Below, piece after piece: positions 63,000 to 64,000 of a stretch of 64,000 nucleotides of DNA (positions are counted from its first letter, which is position 1; every line of letters starts with the position of its first letter). The notes beneath the pieces were generated by a model. That model ran no database searches. It was not told the DNA's origin and saw only the letters and a list, made by a program, of their open reading frames with translations. The DNA lies in NCBI GenBank assembly GCA_013265495.1, contig MU057724.1, forward strand, positions 1,379,102-1,443,101, written 5' to 3'. Source of the stretch: Vicugna vicugna. Its lineage: Eukaryota. The position numbers and the translations under genes were made by a program.

Positions 63000-63870
63000 T
63001 CTGGAAACAGGACTGCGCCAGGGACGGAGGGCAGAGCCCGAACTCGGCTCCCGCAGGCGCCGGCTTGAGCCCGAGTCTCACAGCAAGAAGGGGCCGTTCC
63101 AACCACCAACCCCAAGCGCGACGCAGGAGACGCGGCACTCGGAGGCGGCATCTCCCAGCGTCTTCCACAGGAATTCCCTCCAGAGGTTCCTAAACCAGTC
63201 ACGCCGGAGGACAGAGAGACCATGAGGAAGGGCTCAACCTGAGGATCAAATGGGTGCTGCGGCGTCAGCCCCGGAAGCCACGGATCTCAATCCTCGGGGT
63301 GGTACCAGGACTGCCCTTGGGGGAACCCAGGGGCTACCGAAACAGTGCAAGTTCAATAAACATTATTTTTCAGCTTCAAAGAGGCGATGGCTTTACCGTT
63401 CAGCGCTCCGTTCCTAAAACAAAGCTCTCTCCTTTCCAGACCAACGAGAACCCCCGACAGTAAACAGTCCACCGCGACCAGCGAGCAGCCGCACCGGGAG
63501 GGCGCCGGGCCCCGCGCTTACTAAACCTCGTCCCGGGCTGCGGTCGTGCAACCCGGCGTCTCAGACGGTGCGCGCCCAGCGTGGCCCTAGCGCTTCCTCT
63601 CCCCCTCACCGTCGGTGAAACCCGCTGTGTCTGGCGCAGACCCTGCGTTTGGTACCAGTCTGTACACTTCGTGGTGTGGTCCACGGACATCAGGTTTGCA
63701 CACAATGAGCACAGCAGCTTTGAGAGGTGAGTGACGCACGTTAAAGAGTTTCTATAAAATTGCTTGGAACAAAACAACGTGACTTAATAGCAGTCAGGGT
63801 GCAGGGTCTTCAATCAACCGCCGGTGAGAGCCCCCCCCCCCCCGCCCCGCACCCCGCGTCGACAGAGGGG
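63000..63870. other. CpG-rich region with a C-run/GC-box near the window end
   Basis: CpG-dense at 63010-63210 and 63450-63660; cccccccccccccgccccgcaccccgcg at 63831-63858. Confidence 0.5.
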
Positions 63871-64000
63871 CAAGTGCAGGGTAACCTTTTTCTTAATTCA
63901 CAGGAAAAAAAGTAGCGACGGCCTGACTTTTCCCCAACCCCCTCCCTAACCAGCCAACCCAGCTGCAAATGTGATCGTCCTCAGGCTCCTTCGAAAGATT

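Overview
Mammalian genomic DNA, not prokaryotic. It is probably a camelid or other cetartiodactyl: the L1 3'UTRs and a MER41-like LTR are of that type, and I saw no Alu, B1, Bov-tA/BovB, PRE1 or Can-SINE. I found no protein-coding exon, RNA gene or CRISPR array that I can support, so the window looks intergenic or deep-intronic. Much of it is transposon fossils: L1 copies of several ages, L2, MIR, MER21-, MER41- and MLT1-type LTRs, hAT MITEs, and a near full-length piggyBac (Looper-type) element split by a MER58A. The most striking pattern is that several normally AT-rich ancient repeats have been rewritten locally by A/T->G/C substitutions. The dense CpG island at about 37.6-38.7 kb appears to be an ancient L1 5'UTR changed this way, which is what GC-biased gene conversion would produce. 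There are also candidate regulatory elements: a TCF/AP-1/TATA/Sp1/STAT cluster, CTCF and RFX motifs, a tandem repeat that creates PBX-HOX sites, and a homeobox-motif-rich unique block. Repeat subfamily names come from my recall of consensus sequences and boundaries are approximate; both need RepeatMasker/Dfam confirmation. I cannot support a claim of a novel gene system here.
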